DNA of 64,000 nt from Candidatus Eiseniibacteriota bacterium. Lineage in GTDB: Bacteria; Eisenbacteria; RBG-16-71-46. Under the pieces are notes generated by a model, which was not told the origin of the DNA, did not search any database, and saw nothing but the letters and a program-made list of their open reading frames with translations. The translations under genes and the position numbers were made by a program. How positions within the stretch are numbered: the stretch's first letter is position 1; each line of letters starts with the position of its first letter. Below, one piece after another: positions 20,127 to 35,383 of the stretch. The stretch lies in NCBI GenBank assembly GCA_963776245.1, contig CAVZLN010000005.1:127253-191252 (forward strand), written 5' to 3'.

Positions 20127-21295
20127 CGCTCGTCCCAGCCCCGCGCGGCCCACGCGATGCCGACCAGCGTGAACAGGGGATAGAGCAGCTCCTCGTCGCC
20201 GAAGTTCCACTCGAACGTCCCGGCGGCGAGGAACCCGATGAGCCCGGCCACCACCCCGAGCCTCACTCCCGCGGCCAGTCCGCCGCCGCGCAATTGCGCG
20301 CGCAGGCCGCGCCCCGCGGTGCGCACCAGGGCGGCGTAGAGCCACACGAACGCCGCGAGCCCGACCACGCCCATGCTGGCGGCGATCTGCACCCACACGT
20401 TGTGCAGGTGACCGACGCGCTCGGTGGCGAGCGGCAGGCGGTAGCGATCGTAGGCGGTCATCAGGTCCTGAAGCCCGAGGCCGGTGAGCGGGTGGTCGCG
20501 GAACATGTGCAGCCCGGCCTGCCACATGAGCACGCGCTGCTGGTTCCACGGGTTGGCCGGATCGAACACGCTCACCAACCGCGCGTGCCAGGCGCCCGGC
20601 GCCAGCCACACCGCCGCGGCGACCGCCGCCGCGAGCGCGGCCAGCCAGCGGGCGCGCGTGAGCCCGAGCATCACCGCGAGCGCCACCACCAGGCCGATCC
20701 AGGCGCTGCGTGTGAACGTCACGCCGAGCGCCACCAGGCACACCGCGAAGACCGCGAGCGCGCCGAGGCGCCAGCGGCGGTCGCGGGCGGCGAGCGCGAT
20801 GCCGGCGGCCAGCGACATCTCGAGCAGCAGCTGGCCGCCGAAGGTCATCCAGTGGCCCGACAGCCCGCGCGCCCGCGCCCCGAAGCTCGCGCCCTCCCTC
20901 ACCCACGCGGCGACGCCGAACAGCGCGACCCCGGCGCTCACCGCGAGCAGGACCGCGATGGCGCGCGTGCCGCGCTCGCGCCGCGTCGCGTGGTAGGCGG
21001 CGAACCCGACCAGCGCGGGCATCAGCCCCTTGCCGAGGCGCGCCAGGCTCGCCGCGCGGTCCAGCGCGCACAGCGCCACCACGATGCGCGCCGCCATCCA
21101 GCCGAGCGCGGCCCGGTCCACCGGCGTGGACACCCAGCCCCCGCGCCGCTGGATCCAGAGCGCGAGCGTGAGCGCCACGCACAGCGCGGTGGTGATCCCC
21201 ATCGGCGCGATCCCGGTGGGCAGCGCCACCATCATGAGCACGAAGGCGGCCGCCGCCGCGTGCTCGAGCGCCGCGGGAGCGCCCGACGCGCTCAC
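20123..21295 (-). CDS. O-antigen ligase family (Wzy_C) protein
   Basis: TFTRSAWIG, RVLMWQAG, PLTGLG, HLHNVWVQ; GTGA overlap with the trmD stop. Confidence 0.88.
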   Translation of the reverse strand: MSASGAPAALEHAAAAAFVLMMVALPTGIAPMGITTALCVALTLALWIQRRGGWVSTPVDRAALGWMAARIVVALCALDRAASLARLGKGLMPALVGFAAYHATRRERGTRAIAVLLAVSAGVALFGVAAWVREGASFGARARGLSGHWMTFGGQLLLEMSLAAGIALAARDRRWRLGALAVFAVCLVALGVTFTRSAWIGLVVALAVMLGLTRARWLAALAAAVAAAVWLAPGAWHARLVSVFDPANPWNQQRVLMWQAGLHMFRDHPLTGLGLQDLMTAYDRYRLPLATERVGHLHNVWVQIAASMGVVGLAAFVWLYAALVRTAGRGLRAQLRGGGLAAGVRLGVVAGLIGFLAAGTFEWNFGDEELLYPLFTLVGIAWAARGWDER

Positions 21296-22056
21296 GGGCG
21301 GCGCTCGGGAGGCCGGGCGCGCTCGAGCGCGCGCAGGAACTTCCGGTCGTCCTCGTCGAGGTCGGCGTGCACCAGCAGGTCGGGACGGCGCTCGAAGGTG
21401 CGTCGCAGCGATTCCTCGCGGCGGTGGCGCTCGATGTGGGCGTGGTGGCCGGAGAGCAGCACGTCGGGCACGGTCCAGCCGCGGTACTCGGCGGGCCGCG
21501 TGTAGTACCCGCAGTCGAGCAGGCCGGAGTGGAACGAGTCGCCCTCGACCGAGTCGAAGGCGCCCACCACGCCCGGCAGCAGGCGCGCCACCGCGTCCAC
21601 CACACACAGCGCGGCGGGCTCGCCGCCCGAGAGCACGAAGTCGCCGACCGACAGCTCCTCGTCGATCAAGTGTTCGGCGACGCGCTCATCCACGCCCTTG
21701 TAGCGCCCGCACACCAGCACCAGATGCTCGAGCCCCGAGTAGTCCATCGCCACCCGCTGGGTGAACGCGCGCCCCTGCGGCGACATCAGCGCCACCCGCG
21801 TGCCCGGCGGGCGCGCGCCCGGCCCGCCCGCGCCCACGTGCGCGAGCGCCAGGTCGATGGGCTCCACCTTCATGATCATCCCCACGCCGCCTCCGAACGG
21901 ATAGTCGTCGGTGGTGCGGTGGGCGTCCGGGGTGAAGTCGCGCAGCATCACCACGTCCACGGTCAGCCGTTGCTTCTCGCGCGCGGAGCGGATCATCCCC
22001 TCGGCGAGCGCCGGCGGGAAGAAGTCGGGGAAGATGGTCAGGATGGAGATGCGCAT
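21292..22056 (-). CDS. trmD: tRNA (guanine37-N1)-methyltransferase
   Basis: LTIFPDF, DDYPFGGGVGM, SPQG, CGRYKGVDERV, GDFVLSGGE, YTRP. Confidence 0.97.
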   Translation of the reverse strand: MRISILTIFPDFFPPALAEGMIRSAREKQRLTVDVVMLRDFTPDAHRTTDDYPFGGGVGMIMKVEPIDLALAHVGAGGPGARPPGTRVALMSPQGRAFTQRVAMDYSGLEHLVLVCGRYKGVDERVAEHLIDEELSVGDFVLSGGEPAALCVVDAVARLLPGVVGAFDSVEGDSFHSGLLDCGYYTRPAEYRGWTVPDVLLSGHHAHIERHRREESLRRTFERRPDLLVHADLDEDDRKFLRALERARPPERRP

Positions 22057-22064
22057 GCGGATCC

Positions 22065-22568
22065 CTAGAGCTCGTCGAGCCCGGCCGGCAACGCCACGAT
22101 GATGACCCCCGCGGCCAGATCCACCCGTTGCACCACCTCGGGATTGCCCGGGATGAGCCATTCCCGCTCGCCGCGCACCACGTAGATGGGGCTGGCGCCG
22201 GTGGTCATGAGCTCGGCGAGCGTGCCGAGCACCCGGCCCTCGGTGGTCTCGACACGCAGTCCCACCAACTGGAACGCGTACGCCACGCCCGGGCCCGGGT
22301 CGGGCAGCACGCTCTCCTCCGCCCACAGCATGCCATTGGTGAGCGTCGCGGCCTCGACGCGGCTGCCGACGCCCTCGAAACGGGCGAGGATGCGCTTGAT
22401 CTGGGGCCGCGCGGCGAGCAGCGCGACCTCGCGCTCCTCCGTGCCGCGCTTCCAGGTGAAGCGCCGGATGCCGAGCAGCTCGAGCGGGGTCAGGTCGGTG
22501 GCGTCGAGCCCGACCTCGCCGAACAGCCCGTGCGGGCGGCCGATGCGACCGATGCGGACGAGCGTCAG
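22065..22568 (-). CDS. rimM: 16S rRNA processing protein RimM (possible CTG start)
   Basis: IGRIGRPHGLFGEV, YAFQLVG, TGA..IYVV, LIP, VDL; lies between khpA and trmD. Confidence 0.88.
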   Translation of the reverse strand: MTLVRIGRIGRPHGLFGEVGLDATDLTPLELLGIRRFTWKRGTEEREVALLAARPQIKRILARFEGVGSRVEAATLTNGMLWAEESVLPDPGPGVAYAFQLVGLRVETTEGRVLGTLAELMTTGASPIYVVRGEREWLIPGNPEVVQRVDLAAGVIIVALPAGLDEL

Positions 22569-22587
22569 GGCGTGAGGCTCCCGGCGC

Positions 22588-22818
22588 TCAGTCCGCGATC
22601 TCGAGCGCCGCCTCGCGCCCCGCGCGCGACGCCGCCGCGCCGAGTGCCAGGCGCAGCGAGCGCACCGTGCGCCCCTGCTTGCCGATGACGTGGCCGATGT
22701 CGTCGGGATGCACGTGGAGCTCGAAGGCGGCCGAGTCGCCACCCTCGACGATCTCGACCCGCACGTCGTCGGGATGGTCCACCAGCCCGCGCGCCATGAA
22801 CGCGATGAGGTCCTGCAT
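22588..22818 (-). CDS. khpA: KH domain RNA-binding protein (may have an N-terminal extension)
   Basis: LVDHPDDV, DIGHVIGKQGRT GxxG motif; RBS AAGGA. Confidence 0.9.
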   Translation of the reverse strand: MQDLIAFMARGLVDHPDDVRVEIVEGGDSAAFELHVHPDDIGHVIGKQGRTVRSLRLALGAAASRAGREAALEIAD

Positions 22819-22910
22819 CGCGAGGTCCTTGTCGTCGAGCGGGCGCGGCTCGCGCGCCACCCGCGGGGCGCGGGTCTCGCGGAACTCGCGGGGCTCGGAC
22901 GACGGCAGCC

Positions 22911-23934
22911 CTACAGGAGTCCCGGCTCCCGGGGACGGGACGGCACGGACGATAATCTCAGCCCCAGCCAGACGAGCAGGATCGTCCACAGGCCCCACAG
23001 CAGGAGCGCCGGTGCCGGTTGGTTTGCCAGGAGAATAGCGACTCCGCTTGCGCAGAGTGCGGCCCCACTGAGCCACAGGATCAGGACGGTTCGGATCGGA
23101 CATTTGAGCACTCTCGCGATGCGGTGGTTGCTGTGGTCCTTGCCGCCTTCGTACACCTTGCGCCCTTCGCGCACGCGGTTGACCACGACGAAGATCAGGT
23201 CGAAGGCCGGGTAGGCGAGCACGAGTGGCGGCCCGAGCCTGCCCCAGCCCGGCGGCGCCGCCTCGAGGGCCAGCACCGCGGAAGCGCCGAGACTATACCC
23301 CAGGAACAGGCTTCCCGCGTCACCCAGGAAGATCCGGGCCCTCGGGAAGTTCCAGGGCAGGAACCCGACGCACGCCCCGGCCAGCGCCAACTGCGCCGCC
23401 GCCGTGCCCACGGCCCCGCGGGCGGCCGAGAGGGCGCCGAAGCCCGCCAGGGCGATCGCCGCCAGCCCCCCGACCATGCCGTTCATGTTGTCGAGGAAGT
23501 TGACCGCGTTCATGAGCGCGGCCAGCGCCACGAGCAGCCCCACCACCACGAGCGGAGCCGGCAGCCCGAGGTCCGGAAGCACGCCCGAGGCGAGCAGCAG
23601 CCCGCCCGCCGCGAACTGGCCGAGGAGCTTGAGCGACGGCCGCATGCCGAACCGGTCGTCCACCAGCCCGAGCCCGAGCGCGAGCAGGGCGCCGGCGAAC
23701 ACCAGGAGTCCGCGGCGGTCCGCCGCCACGTCGAGCCAGCGCGCCATCACCAGCCAGGCGACGCTCGCCGCCAGCGGCCACCGCCGCACCGCCGAGCAAC
23801 GCGGTGGCCGCGGTGTGGAGCTTGCGGGCCTCGGGGTGGTCGAGATAGGCCGTCGCCCACGCCAGCCGGATCGCGGCCGGGGTGGTCAGCAAAGCGACGG
23901 CGAGCCCGATCGGGAAGGCGGCCGCGGCCGGCAT
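22911..23934 (-). CDS. WecA/TagO-like polyprenyl-phosphate HexNAc-1-P transferase (frameshift near 23785)
   Basis: DHPEARKLH..ATALLGG, GLVDD, NAVNFLDNMNG, NFPRARIFLGDAG. Confidence 0.85.
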
Positions 23935-23967
23935 GTCGCGCGGCTCGAGGCCGGGTCGAGCGCCGCC

Positions 23968-24966
23968 TCAGGAGGCGGCGACTCCCGCGGGCACCCGCAC
24001 GCCCAACTGCGCACACATCTCGCGCGCCGTCAGCTCGAGAAGTTGGTCGAGCGACACTTCGGGGCGATAGCCGGTCATGCGGTGGATCTTCTCGAGCGAA
24101 GGCACTCGGCGCATCATGTCCTCGAACGAGCTGCCGTAGACCTTCTCGTACGGCACGAACTCGATCGTGGAGCGGCTCTTGCAGACGCGCCGGATACGCT
24201 TGGCGAGCTCGAGCACCGTGATCTCTTCGTCGGTGCCCACGTTGCAGATCTCGCCCTCGGCGCCCTCGGCGTCCATCAGCAGGAGCACGCCGCGCACCAC
24301 GTCGGCCACCGAGGAGAAGCAGCGCGACTGGGTGCCATCCCCGAACACCAGGATGGGCTCGTGACGCAGCGCGCGCTCGATCATGTTGGGGATCACCATG
24401 CCGTACGCCGCGCTCTGGCGCGGGCCGCAGGTGTTGAAGCAGCGCACCACGGTGACCGGCAGCTGGTGCTGCTGGTAGTAGGCCTGCGCCAGCGACTCGT
24501 CCACCGCCTTGCCGCTGGCGTACGACCAGCGCAGCTTGTGGGTGGGGCCCAGCAGGCGGTCGTCGTCCTCGGCGAACGGCACGTTGACGCCCTTGCCGTA
24601 CACCTCGCTGCTCGAGAACAGCATGACCTTGCGCTGGTGGGCGTCGCAGGCCTCGAGCACGACCTCGGTGCCGCGGATGTTCGTGATCAGCGAGCGCAGC
24701 GGGTTCTCGAGCACGTACTTCACGCCCACCGCGGCGGCCAGGTGGTAGATCCGCTCGCACTTGGCCACCAGGCCGTGGACCAGCGAGGAGTCGGTGACAT
24801 CACCTTCGACGAAGTGGAATCGGGGATGTTGCTCGAAGGAGCAGAGGTTCTCGAGGCGTCCGGTGGAGAGGTCATCCAGCGCCCACACCTCGTTGCCGAG
24901 GCCGAGGAGCGCTTCCGAAAGATGGGAACCGATGAAGCCCGCACCTCCTGTGACGAGGATCCTCAT
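23968..24966 (-). CDS. NAD-dependent nucleotide-sugar epimerase/dehydratase
   Basis: [41 protein letters not shown]. Confidence 0.92.
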   Translation of the reverse strand: MRILVTGGAGFIGSHLSEALLGLGNEVWALDDLSTGRLENLCSFEQHPRFHFVEGDVTDSSLVHGLVAKCERIYHLAAAVGVKYVLENPLRSLITNIRGTEVVLEACDAHQRKVMLFSSSEVYGKGVNVPFAEDDDRLLGPTHKLRWSYASGKAVDESLAQAYYQQHQLPVTVVRCFNTCGPRQSAAYGMVIPNMIERALRHEPILVFGDGTQSRCFSSVADVVRGVLLLMDAEGAEGEICNVGTDEEITVLELAKRIRRVCKSRSTIEFVPYEKVYGSSFEDMMRRVPSLEKIHRMTGYRPEVSLDQLLELTAREMCAQLGVRVPAGVAAS

Positions 24967-25064
24967 TAGCTTCCCTCTGATGAAGGATGAGTCGCGGGGC
25001 AATCCTTGCCGTCCCGCGTGCGCACCATCGACCGCCCCCTCGGGGGAAGCCACTCTCGCCGGAC

Positions 25065-25093
25065 AAGGTATCGGCGGCTGCGTCACAAGTCAA
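25065..25093 (-). promoter_or_regulatory. Sigma70 promoter upstream of the epimerase-wecA-khpA-rimM-trmD run
   Basis: TTGACT-N17-TACCTT with an AT-rich upstream stretch. Confidence 0.65.
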
Positions 25094-25369
25094 CGCGTTA
25101 TTAACCGAAGCCGATGCCGGGGAACAGGTTGCCATAGCGGTCTTTGAGTGCGAGCACCGCTCGTCGATGCCGCGGGAGGTGGTCGGGAGCGTCGCTGCCG
25201 GACACCAGGCGGAGGGATCGCCCGAGTATTCCGATGTCCTGTCCCTGTCGGAGACGCATCGCGATCTGCACGGCTCGACGGCGAGCCGACCCCGCCTGCC
25301 GCGCGACCGGACCCACTCGAGCTTCACCGACGCCAGCGCAGACGGGCGGCGCCCCCGGGCTGCCGGGGT

Positions 25370-26077
25370 CTAGCTCTTCCGGAACACGGCTGAGCCCCAG
25401 AGGTCCGGCAATTCGATCACCAGCTCAGGTCGGTTCTCCATGGCCGCGCGCACGGCGCGGAAGCAGGCCGCATTGGATTCCGGGCTGTTGTAGTCGTGCA
25501 CGAAGACGTACGCCCCACGCGCCAGGCGCGGGTAGAAGAACTCGAGCCCCGCGAGCGTCGGTGAGTACACGTCGAGGTCGAGCATGACGAGCGCGAAGCG
25601 CTCGTGTTCGAGACCTGCGGCCGTGCCTGGGAACCGTCCCTTGCGGATCACGACATTCGCCCGGTCGCCAAGGGTGCGCTTCACTTGTGCCTCGCTGGTG
25701 TCCTGGAAGCGCGCATCAGCAGCATTCTCGGCCTCGCGATCCGCCAGCGGGAAGCCCTCGAAGGTGTCGAACAGATACAGGCGGCGTTCCGGCGCGCAAC
25801 GCAGGATGAACCGGCTGGTCGCCCCCTGATAGACCCCTACCTCCGCGAAGTCCCCCGGCACTCGCTCGCGCTCGAGCGTGCGGATGGCAAGCGCCAGGCT
25901 GGCGTAGCGGACGTAGTCGAAGGAGGCAACGGCGGCACGCTCGACATCCGGATCGAACGTCGGAAATCGCATCGGAGCCGCGACCCGCTCGCGGCCGTGA
26001 CGCGCCCGCCACTCGCGGGCGGCATCGAGGAGCCCAGCCCGCTGGATGAGGTTTCGCAGCCTGGCTCTCGTCGTCAC
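25370..26077 (-). CDS. TylF/MycF/NovP family O-methyltransferase
   Basis: PGDFAEVGVYQG, LFDTFEGF, KGRFP, LDLDVY, HDY. Confidence 0.9.
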   Translation of the reverse strand: MTTRARLRNLIQRAGLLDAAREWRARHGRERVAAPMRFPTFDPDVERAAVASFDYVRYASLALAIRTLERERVPGDFAEVGVYQGATSRFILRCAPERRLYLFDTFEGFPLADREAENAADARFQDTSEAQVKRTLGDRANVVIRKGRFPGTAAGLEHERFALVMLDLDVYSPTLAGLEFFYPRLARGAYVFVHDYNSPESNAACFRAVRAAMENRPELVIELPDLWGSAVFRKS

Positions 26078-27285
26078 GTTCGGCCCTCCGGGGCACGTTC
26101 AGCAGCCGATGCGCAGAGCACCTGGGTGCGTCGTGCGACCTGCTGCAGTGAGAAGCGGGCGGCAGCCCAGGCGTGGCCGGCATCGGTCATCGCTCGACAT
26201 CGCGATGGATCCGTGACCAGGTCGGCGACGGCATCCCCCAACCCCGCGGGAGTATCGGCCTCGAGATCATGGACGCCGGGCGTGAGCCCGAGTCCCTCTG
26301 CCCCCAGCGTGGTGCTGACGACGGGTACTCGAGCCGCGAGTGCCTCGACGATCTTCACTCGTGCTCCCGCTCCGGCCCACAGCGGGACGACCATCGCCGA
26401 GGCGGCGGCGAACTCCGGCGCGATGTCATCGACGTAGCCGACCGGCTCCGCCCCTGCCTGGCGGGCGATGGTCGCAAGTTCGGGGTCCAGCCCCTTGCCG
26501 ACCAGGCGGAGACGGGCGCCCGGCACACGCGCCCGCACGCGCGGCCACCCCTCGACCAGGAATCTCCGCGCACCTTCGCGGTTGGGCGGCCAGGTGAGGG
26601 TCCCCACCATGAGGACCACCGGCGGACTCTCGGGCGCGTGCGGCCGGAATCGTCCGAAGTCCACGCCGATGGGCACCACCTCGACCCGCGCGCGTGGCGC
26701 GATGCGGCGCAGCACGTCGGCCTCGGGATCCTGGATGGCCAGCACGAGGTCGGCGCGTGTGCAGAGGGCGGCCTCGACCGTGCTCATCCGGCGCGCCTGA
26801 TCCAGCGCGAACGCGCGCACCAGCGGATTGCGCACGGTTTCAGCGTACCGAGCGAGCCATACGTGCTCGACATTGTGTTCGCGCAGCACCACCGGGGTGT
26901 CTCCCAGCGCATCTGCGTGGGTCGCCATGCTGAGATGGTTCAGGTAGGCAAAGCGCGGGCGTATGGCTGCCACCTGACGGCGCAGCTCGGCCTCGAGCGC
27001 ACGGCTGTGATAGCGCGTCAGCGTGTAGGGCCAGCGCCCGAAAGTGCCCCGGATGAGGGCGACAGGGAGCGCGGGGACCTTGTGCGGGACGCGCACCAGA
27101 TGGATGCCGAGACGTTCCACTTCCGTGGGCACGGGGAGCGACTCCTCCCCCGGCGAGACCAACGTCACCAACGTCGTGTCGAAGGCCAACGCCACCGAGC
27201 AGACTGCCTGCCAGAGCCCGATGCGCCCTCCATCATCGAGCGGCCATGGCGCGCGCGGCGTGACGACCAGCGCAGGCTCACTCAT
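26074..27285 (-). CDS. GT4 glycosyltransferase
   Basis: PWPLDDGGRI, EHNVE, WPPN, GAGARVKIVEALA, GAEGL. Confidence 0.88.
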   Translation of the reverse strand: MSEPALVVTPRAPWPLDDGGRIGLWQAVCSVALAFDTTLVTLVSPGEESLPVPTEVERLGIHLVRVPHKVPALPVALIRGTFGRWPYTLTRYHSRALEAELRRQVAAIRPRFAYLNHLSMATHADALGDTPVVLREHNVEHVWLARYAETVRNPLVRAFALDQARRMSTVEAALCTRADLVLAIQDPEADVLRRIAPRARVEVVPIGVDFGRFRPHAPESPPVVLMVGTLTWPPNREGARRFLVEGWPRVRARVPGARLRLVGKGLDPELATIARQAGAEPVGYVDDIAPEFAAASAMVVPLWAGAGARVKIVEALAARVPVVSTTLGAEGLGLTPGVHDLEADTPAGLGDAVADLVTDPSRCRAMTDAGHAWAAARFSLQQVARRTQVLCASAAERAPEGRT

Positions 27286-28232
27286 CGCGCCCTGCCGAAC
27301 CGCCATGCGACGACGGATTGGAAGCGTTCAAGCTGCTCGCGCGCGAAAGCATGGCGTGGCCGCGTCAGACGCACGAGCCACCACGCAATGAGTCGTGCCA
27401 GGGAGCCCGCAACGAGGATCTCGCGCGCCAGCGCCGCCCTCCAGGCTCCGCGATGGCGGCGCAGGAATGCGAGCCGCGCTTCCAGATTGCGCACGAATAG
27501 GGGCCCGCGCAATCCCGCGCCCGAGGCCCCACCATGATGGAGCACACACGCGGCGTCTGAGAAGATCGTCTCGAAGCCTGCCTGACGGGCGCGCCAGCAC
27601 CAGTCCGGCTCCTCGCCGTACATGAAGAGATCCTCGTCCAGACCGCCCACTTGTGCGTGGGCCACGCGAGAGATCGCGAAACAGGCGCCCGACACCCAAT
27701 CCACGGGACCTTCCCCATCCCGCGGTCGAGGGGTGGCCGCGGGGGTGCCGTACCCCATTCGCAGGGCGGCGCGGGCCAGTCCGAGACTCTCGACCGTCAT
27801 GTTGATCACGCCCGGGAACGCATGGCACGCAGGCTGCGGCGACCCGTCGTCATCCGCGAGCGACAAGCCCACGCAGCCCGCGCGCCCGTGTCGCTTGAAG
27901 ACCCCTTCGAGTGCAGCGAGCATGAGCGGTGGGGCCTCGGTGTCTGGATTGAGCAGGAGCAGGATGTCACCGCTCGCCATCACAAGGGCCTGGTTGTTGG
28001 CGCGGGCGAAACCGACATTGCGATCATTGCGGATGAGATGGATGGCGGGGAACTCCCGGGCCACCATCTCGGGGCTCCCGTCGGTGGAGGCGTTGTCCAC
28101 CACCCAGATCTCAGGTTCCAGACCATGCTGCGCGAGCAGGGTGCTCAGGCACTTGCGCAGGAGATCGCGCACCTGGTAACTCACGACGATCACCGATACG
28201 CGCGCGCCTCCGGTCACGTTCAGGTCGCCCAC
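27282..28232 (-). CDS. GT2 glycosyltransferase (rhamnosyltransferase-like)
   Basis: VVDNASTDGS, NVGFARANN, LLNPD, WVSGAC, FMYGEE.DWC. Confidence 0.9.
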   Translation of the reverse strand: MGDLNVTGGARVSVIVVSYQVRDLLRKCLSTLLAQHGLEPEIWVVDNASTDGSPEMVAREFPAIHLIRNDRNVGFARANNQALVMASGDILLLLNPDTEAPPLMLAALEGVFKRHGRAGCVGLSLADDDGSPQPACHAFPGVINMTVESLGLARAALRMGYGTPAATPRPRDGEGPVDWVSGACFAISRVAHAQVGGLDEDLFMYGEEPDWCWRARQAGFETIFSDAACVLHHGGASGAGLRGPLFVRNLEARLAFLRRHRGAWRAALAREILVAGSLARLIAWWLVRLTRPRHAFAREQLERFQSVVAWRFGRAR

Positions 28233-28304
28233 GTCATCTCACTCGGTGTCGCGGTGGACAGGTGGTTGCCGCCCGACCGCACGCCCGGTAGGCTGCCCGG
28301 CCGA

Positions 28305-29651
28305 ATGCTCACACTCACGCCCCTCCCGTCCCCACGCAAGAAGCGCGTGCTGCCCGGCCTCGGGCCCGCGCTGGTCGCTGCCGCCGTGGTCTTCCTGATT
28401 GGATGGATGGGGCCCATGAACCCGTTCGCATGGGTGCTTGCGGCCCCCGCGGTCTTGGTGGGCTTCATCCTGGTCCTCCGCACGGCGCCACTGATCATCT
28501 TCTGGGCGGTGCCCATCAGCATGTATTGGTTCGTCTACATGCCCGTGATGCACTACGAAGCGCTCGCGCTTCTGGCCGCTGGAGTCACGGGCGCGCGAAA
28601 TCTGGCGAGGATGCGTCTTCGGCGGGTTGTGATCCCAGCGCTCGAAGGCCGTTACCTGTTGTTCCTGCTCGCCATCCTCCCCGGGTTGCTGGTGGCCACG
28701 AGCACCTGGCGCTATTTCGGTTCCTACAAGATCTACGTGGTCGGGTTGCTGGGCTTCGAGGCGGCCCGGCGTGGTGCGCGCCGACTGGGGCACGAAGCCC
28801 TGCTCTGGGGCCCCGCGGTGTTCCTCGGAATGAGCGCCGCCATGCTCACGCTCCGCGTGATGACGAGCGGCATACCGTCCTTCAAAGGGATCGCGCTGCG
28901 CAGCTACCTCTCGACGCTACCGTGGGGTTCCTCCAACTACGTCGCCGCCGTGATGGTGCTGGGGCCTCCCGGCCCTCGTGCTGCTGGTCCGCACGAGCCC
29001 GCGGGGGGCATGCGCCGTAGCTCGCGATCGGGATCATCGTCCTGACGCTCGCGTCGATGCTGTTCACCACGTCGCGTGGCGGGTTCCTGCTCGCGATGCT
29101 GTACCTCATCGTGATCGGGACCGGTGCGCGCCGCTCACTCGGCACGCTCGCACTCGCCACTCTCGGCCCTGGTTGTTGCGCTCGTCGCCACGCCTTTCGG
29201 GCAGGCCCTCCTCGGTCGTTTCGTCGATGCCAGGAGTTGGGACAGCGTCTACTTCCGCGTGATGATCTGGCAGGCCGCCCTGGAGCGTGGTCTGTCGCAC
29301 CTTCCCTTCGGGGTCGGCGCGGGTCAGGGTCTGATGCAGAACGACAAGCTGCAGGGGCTGGACCCGCACAACTACCTGCTCCACCTCTTCGGAGAGCTCG
29401 GGCCGCTGGGCCTCGCGCTGTGGCTCTGGCTGTTCGCCCGGGTGTGGTCCGACGCCAGAGCGCATGTGGAAGGACGAGCGAACGCGCACGATCGGCAGCG
29501 CGGCCATCGGCACGCTCTCACTCACGTTCTTCAACATGCTCTTCGAACCCACCATGAACGGCAATCTGTACCACCTCATGTTCTGGTGGATCATAGGGAT
29601 CTACTACGGTGGGGCCGAGCGCTCGAACGGGAGCGTGGCGACCGAGGTCCG

Positions 29652-29655
<4 letters not shown>
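28305..29655 (+). CDS. O-antigen polymerase/ligase-like membrane protein, split by about 3 frameshifts
   Basis: Consecutive fragments: GSSNYVAA, TTSRGGFL, FRVMIWQAAL..PFGVGAG..DPHNYLLHLFGELG, FNMLFEP. Confidence 0.75.
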
Positions 29656-33867
<4,212 letters not shown>

Positions 33868-33871
<4 letters not shown>

Positions 33872-35232
33872 CGCGAGGTCCTCTTCCGTGCGCGCGGACG
33901 CGCCGAGCGGGCCTGCTTCGGCCGGCCCCGGCCCACGCCGATGTGGGTGAGCCCCGCGGCCGTGACGGCCTCGGGATCGTAGAGGTTGCGCAGATCGAGC
34001 AGCACCGGCTTGCGCATCAGCCGCTTGAGCCGCGCCAGGTCCATGTTCCGGAACTCGTTCCACTCGGTCACGATCGCCAGCGCGTCGGCGCCGCGCGCCG
34101 CGTCGTAGGCGTCCTCGACCAGTTCCACCCCGCGCATCAGCGGCAGATCGCGGCTGTTGTCCATCGCGACCGGGTCGAACGCCCGCACCTTGATCCCGCG
34201 GCGCTTGAGACCGGCGAGGATGTGGAGCGCCGGCGCCGCGCGCAGGTCGTCGGTGTTGGGCTTGAACGCGAGTCCGAGCAGCCCGACCACCTTGCCACGC
34301 CCCTTGCCCACCGCGGCCACGATGCGCTGGATCATGAGGTCCATCTGGTGCTGGTTGGCCGCGATGGTCGCGTCCACCAGCCGGGTGGGCACCTTGACGT
34401 CGCGGCCGATGGCCGACAGTGCGAGGGTGTCCTTGGGGAAGCACGAGCCCCCGTAGCCCGGGCCCGAGTGCAGGAACTTCGAGCCGATGCGGCGGTCCAT
34501 CCCGATGCCCTTGGCCACCGCCTTGACGTCCGCCCCGAGCGCGTCGCACAGGTTCGCGATCTCGTTGATGAACGAGATCTTGGTGGCGAGGAAGCAGTTC
34601 GAGGCGTACTTGATGAGTTCGGCCGACTCGAGCGAGGTGACCACCATCGGGGTCTCGATCAGGAACAGCGGATCGTGGATCTTCTTGAGGATCTGCGCCG
34701 CCTTGGCGCTCTCCGCGCCGATCACCACGCGGTCCGGGCGCATGAACGTCTCGAGCGCCGAGCCCTCGCGCAGGAACTCGGGGTTCGACGCCACGTCGAA
34801 CTCCGCGCCCCGGCGGGCGTGCTTGCGGATGAAATCGTAGAGGTGGCGCGCGGTGCCGATCGGCGCGGTGCTCTTCTGGACCACCAGCGTGTAGCCGTCC
34901 ATGTGACGGGCGATGGTCCTGGCCACCGCGTAGATGGCGCGGGTGTCGGCGGAGCCGTCGGCCTGGGGCGGCGTGCCGACCGCGATGAACACCACCTTGG
35001 TGCCCTTGAGGGTCTTCGTCAGGTCGGTCTCGAACCGGAGGCGCCCTTCCTGCACGTGGCGCGCGACCAGTTCGGGCAGGCCGGGTTCGAAGAACGGCAC
35101 CACCCCGTTGCGCAGCCGCTCGACCTTCGAGCGGTCGTTATCGACACAGGTGACCTTGTTGCCGAAGTCCGCCAGGCATGCGGCGGTCACGAGACCGACG
35201 TACCCGGCGCCAACCACGGTGATGGTGTACAC
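33868..35232 (-). CDS. ugd: UDP-glucose 6-dehydrogenase
   Basis: GAGYVGL, AVGTP, SNPEFLREG, KYASN, GYGGSCFPKD, FKPNTDD. Confidence 0.95.
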
Positions 35233-35383
35233 GGCGGATCCTTTCGGGTGATCCATTCACGAGCCGCGGGGATCCCGGAAAACGGCGGGACGGCGGTCGG
35301 ACAATCGATCGAATCGGCCGGTCAGACTAGGGGTTGGACGGGGCGATGGTCAACCGGAAGGCACTGTCGCGGGCACTGGAGAG

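Noticed and set aside
25025..25050. ops/JUMPstart-like GGCGGTCG upstream of the glycan genes
   Set aside because: Mismatches GGCGGTAGnnTG and is expected by chance at this GC content
25101..25316. 71-aa minus-strand ORF in the tylF-epimerase gap
   Set aside because: No recognisable motif or RBS; atypical codon use
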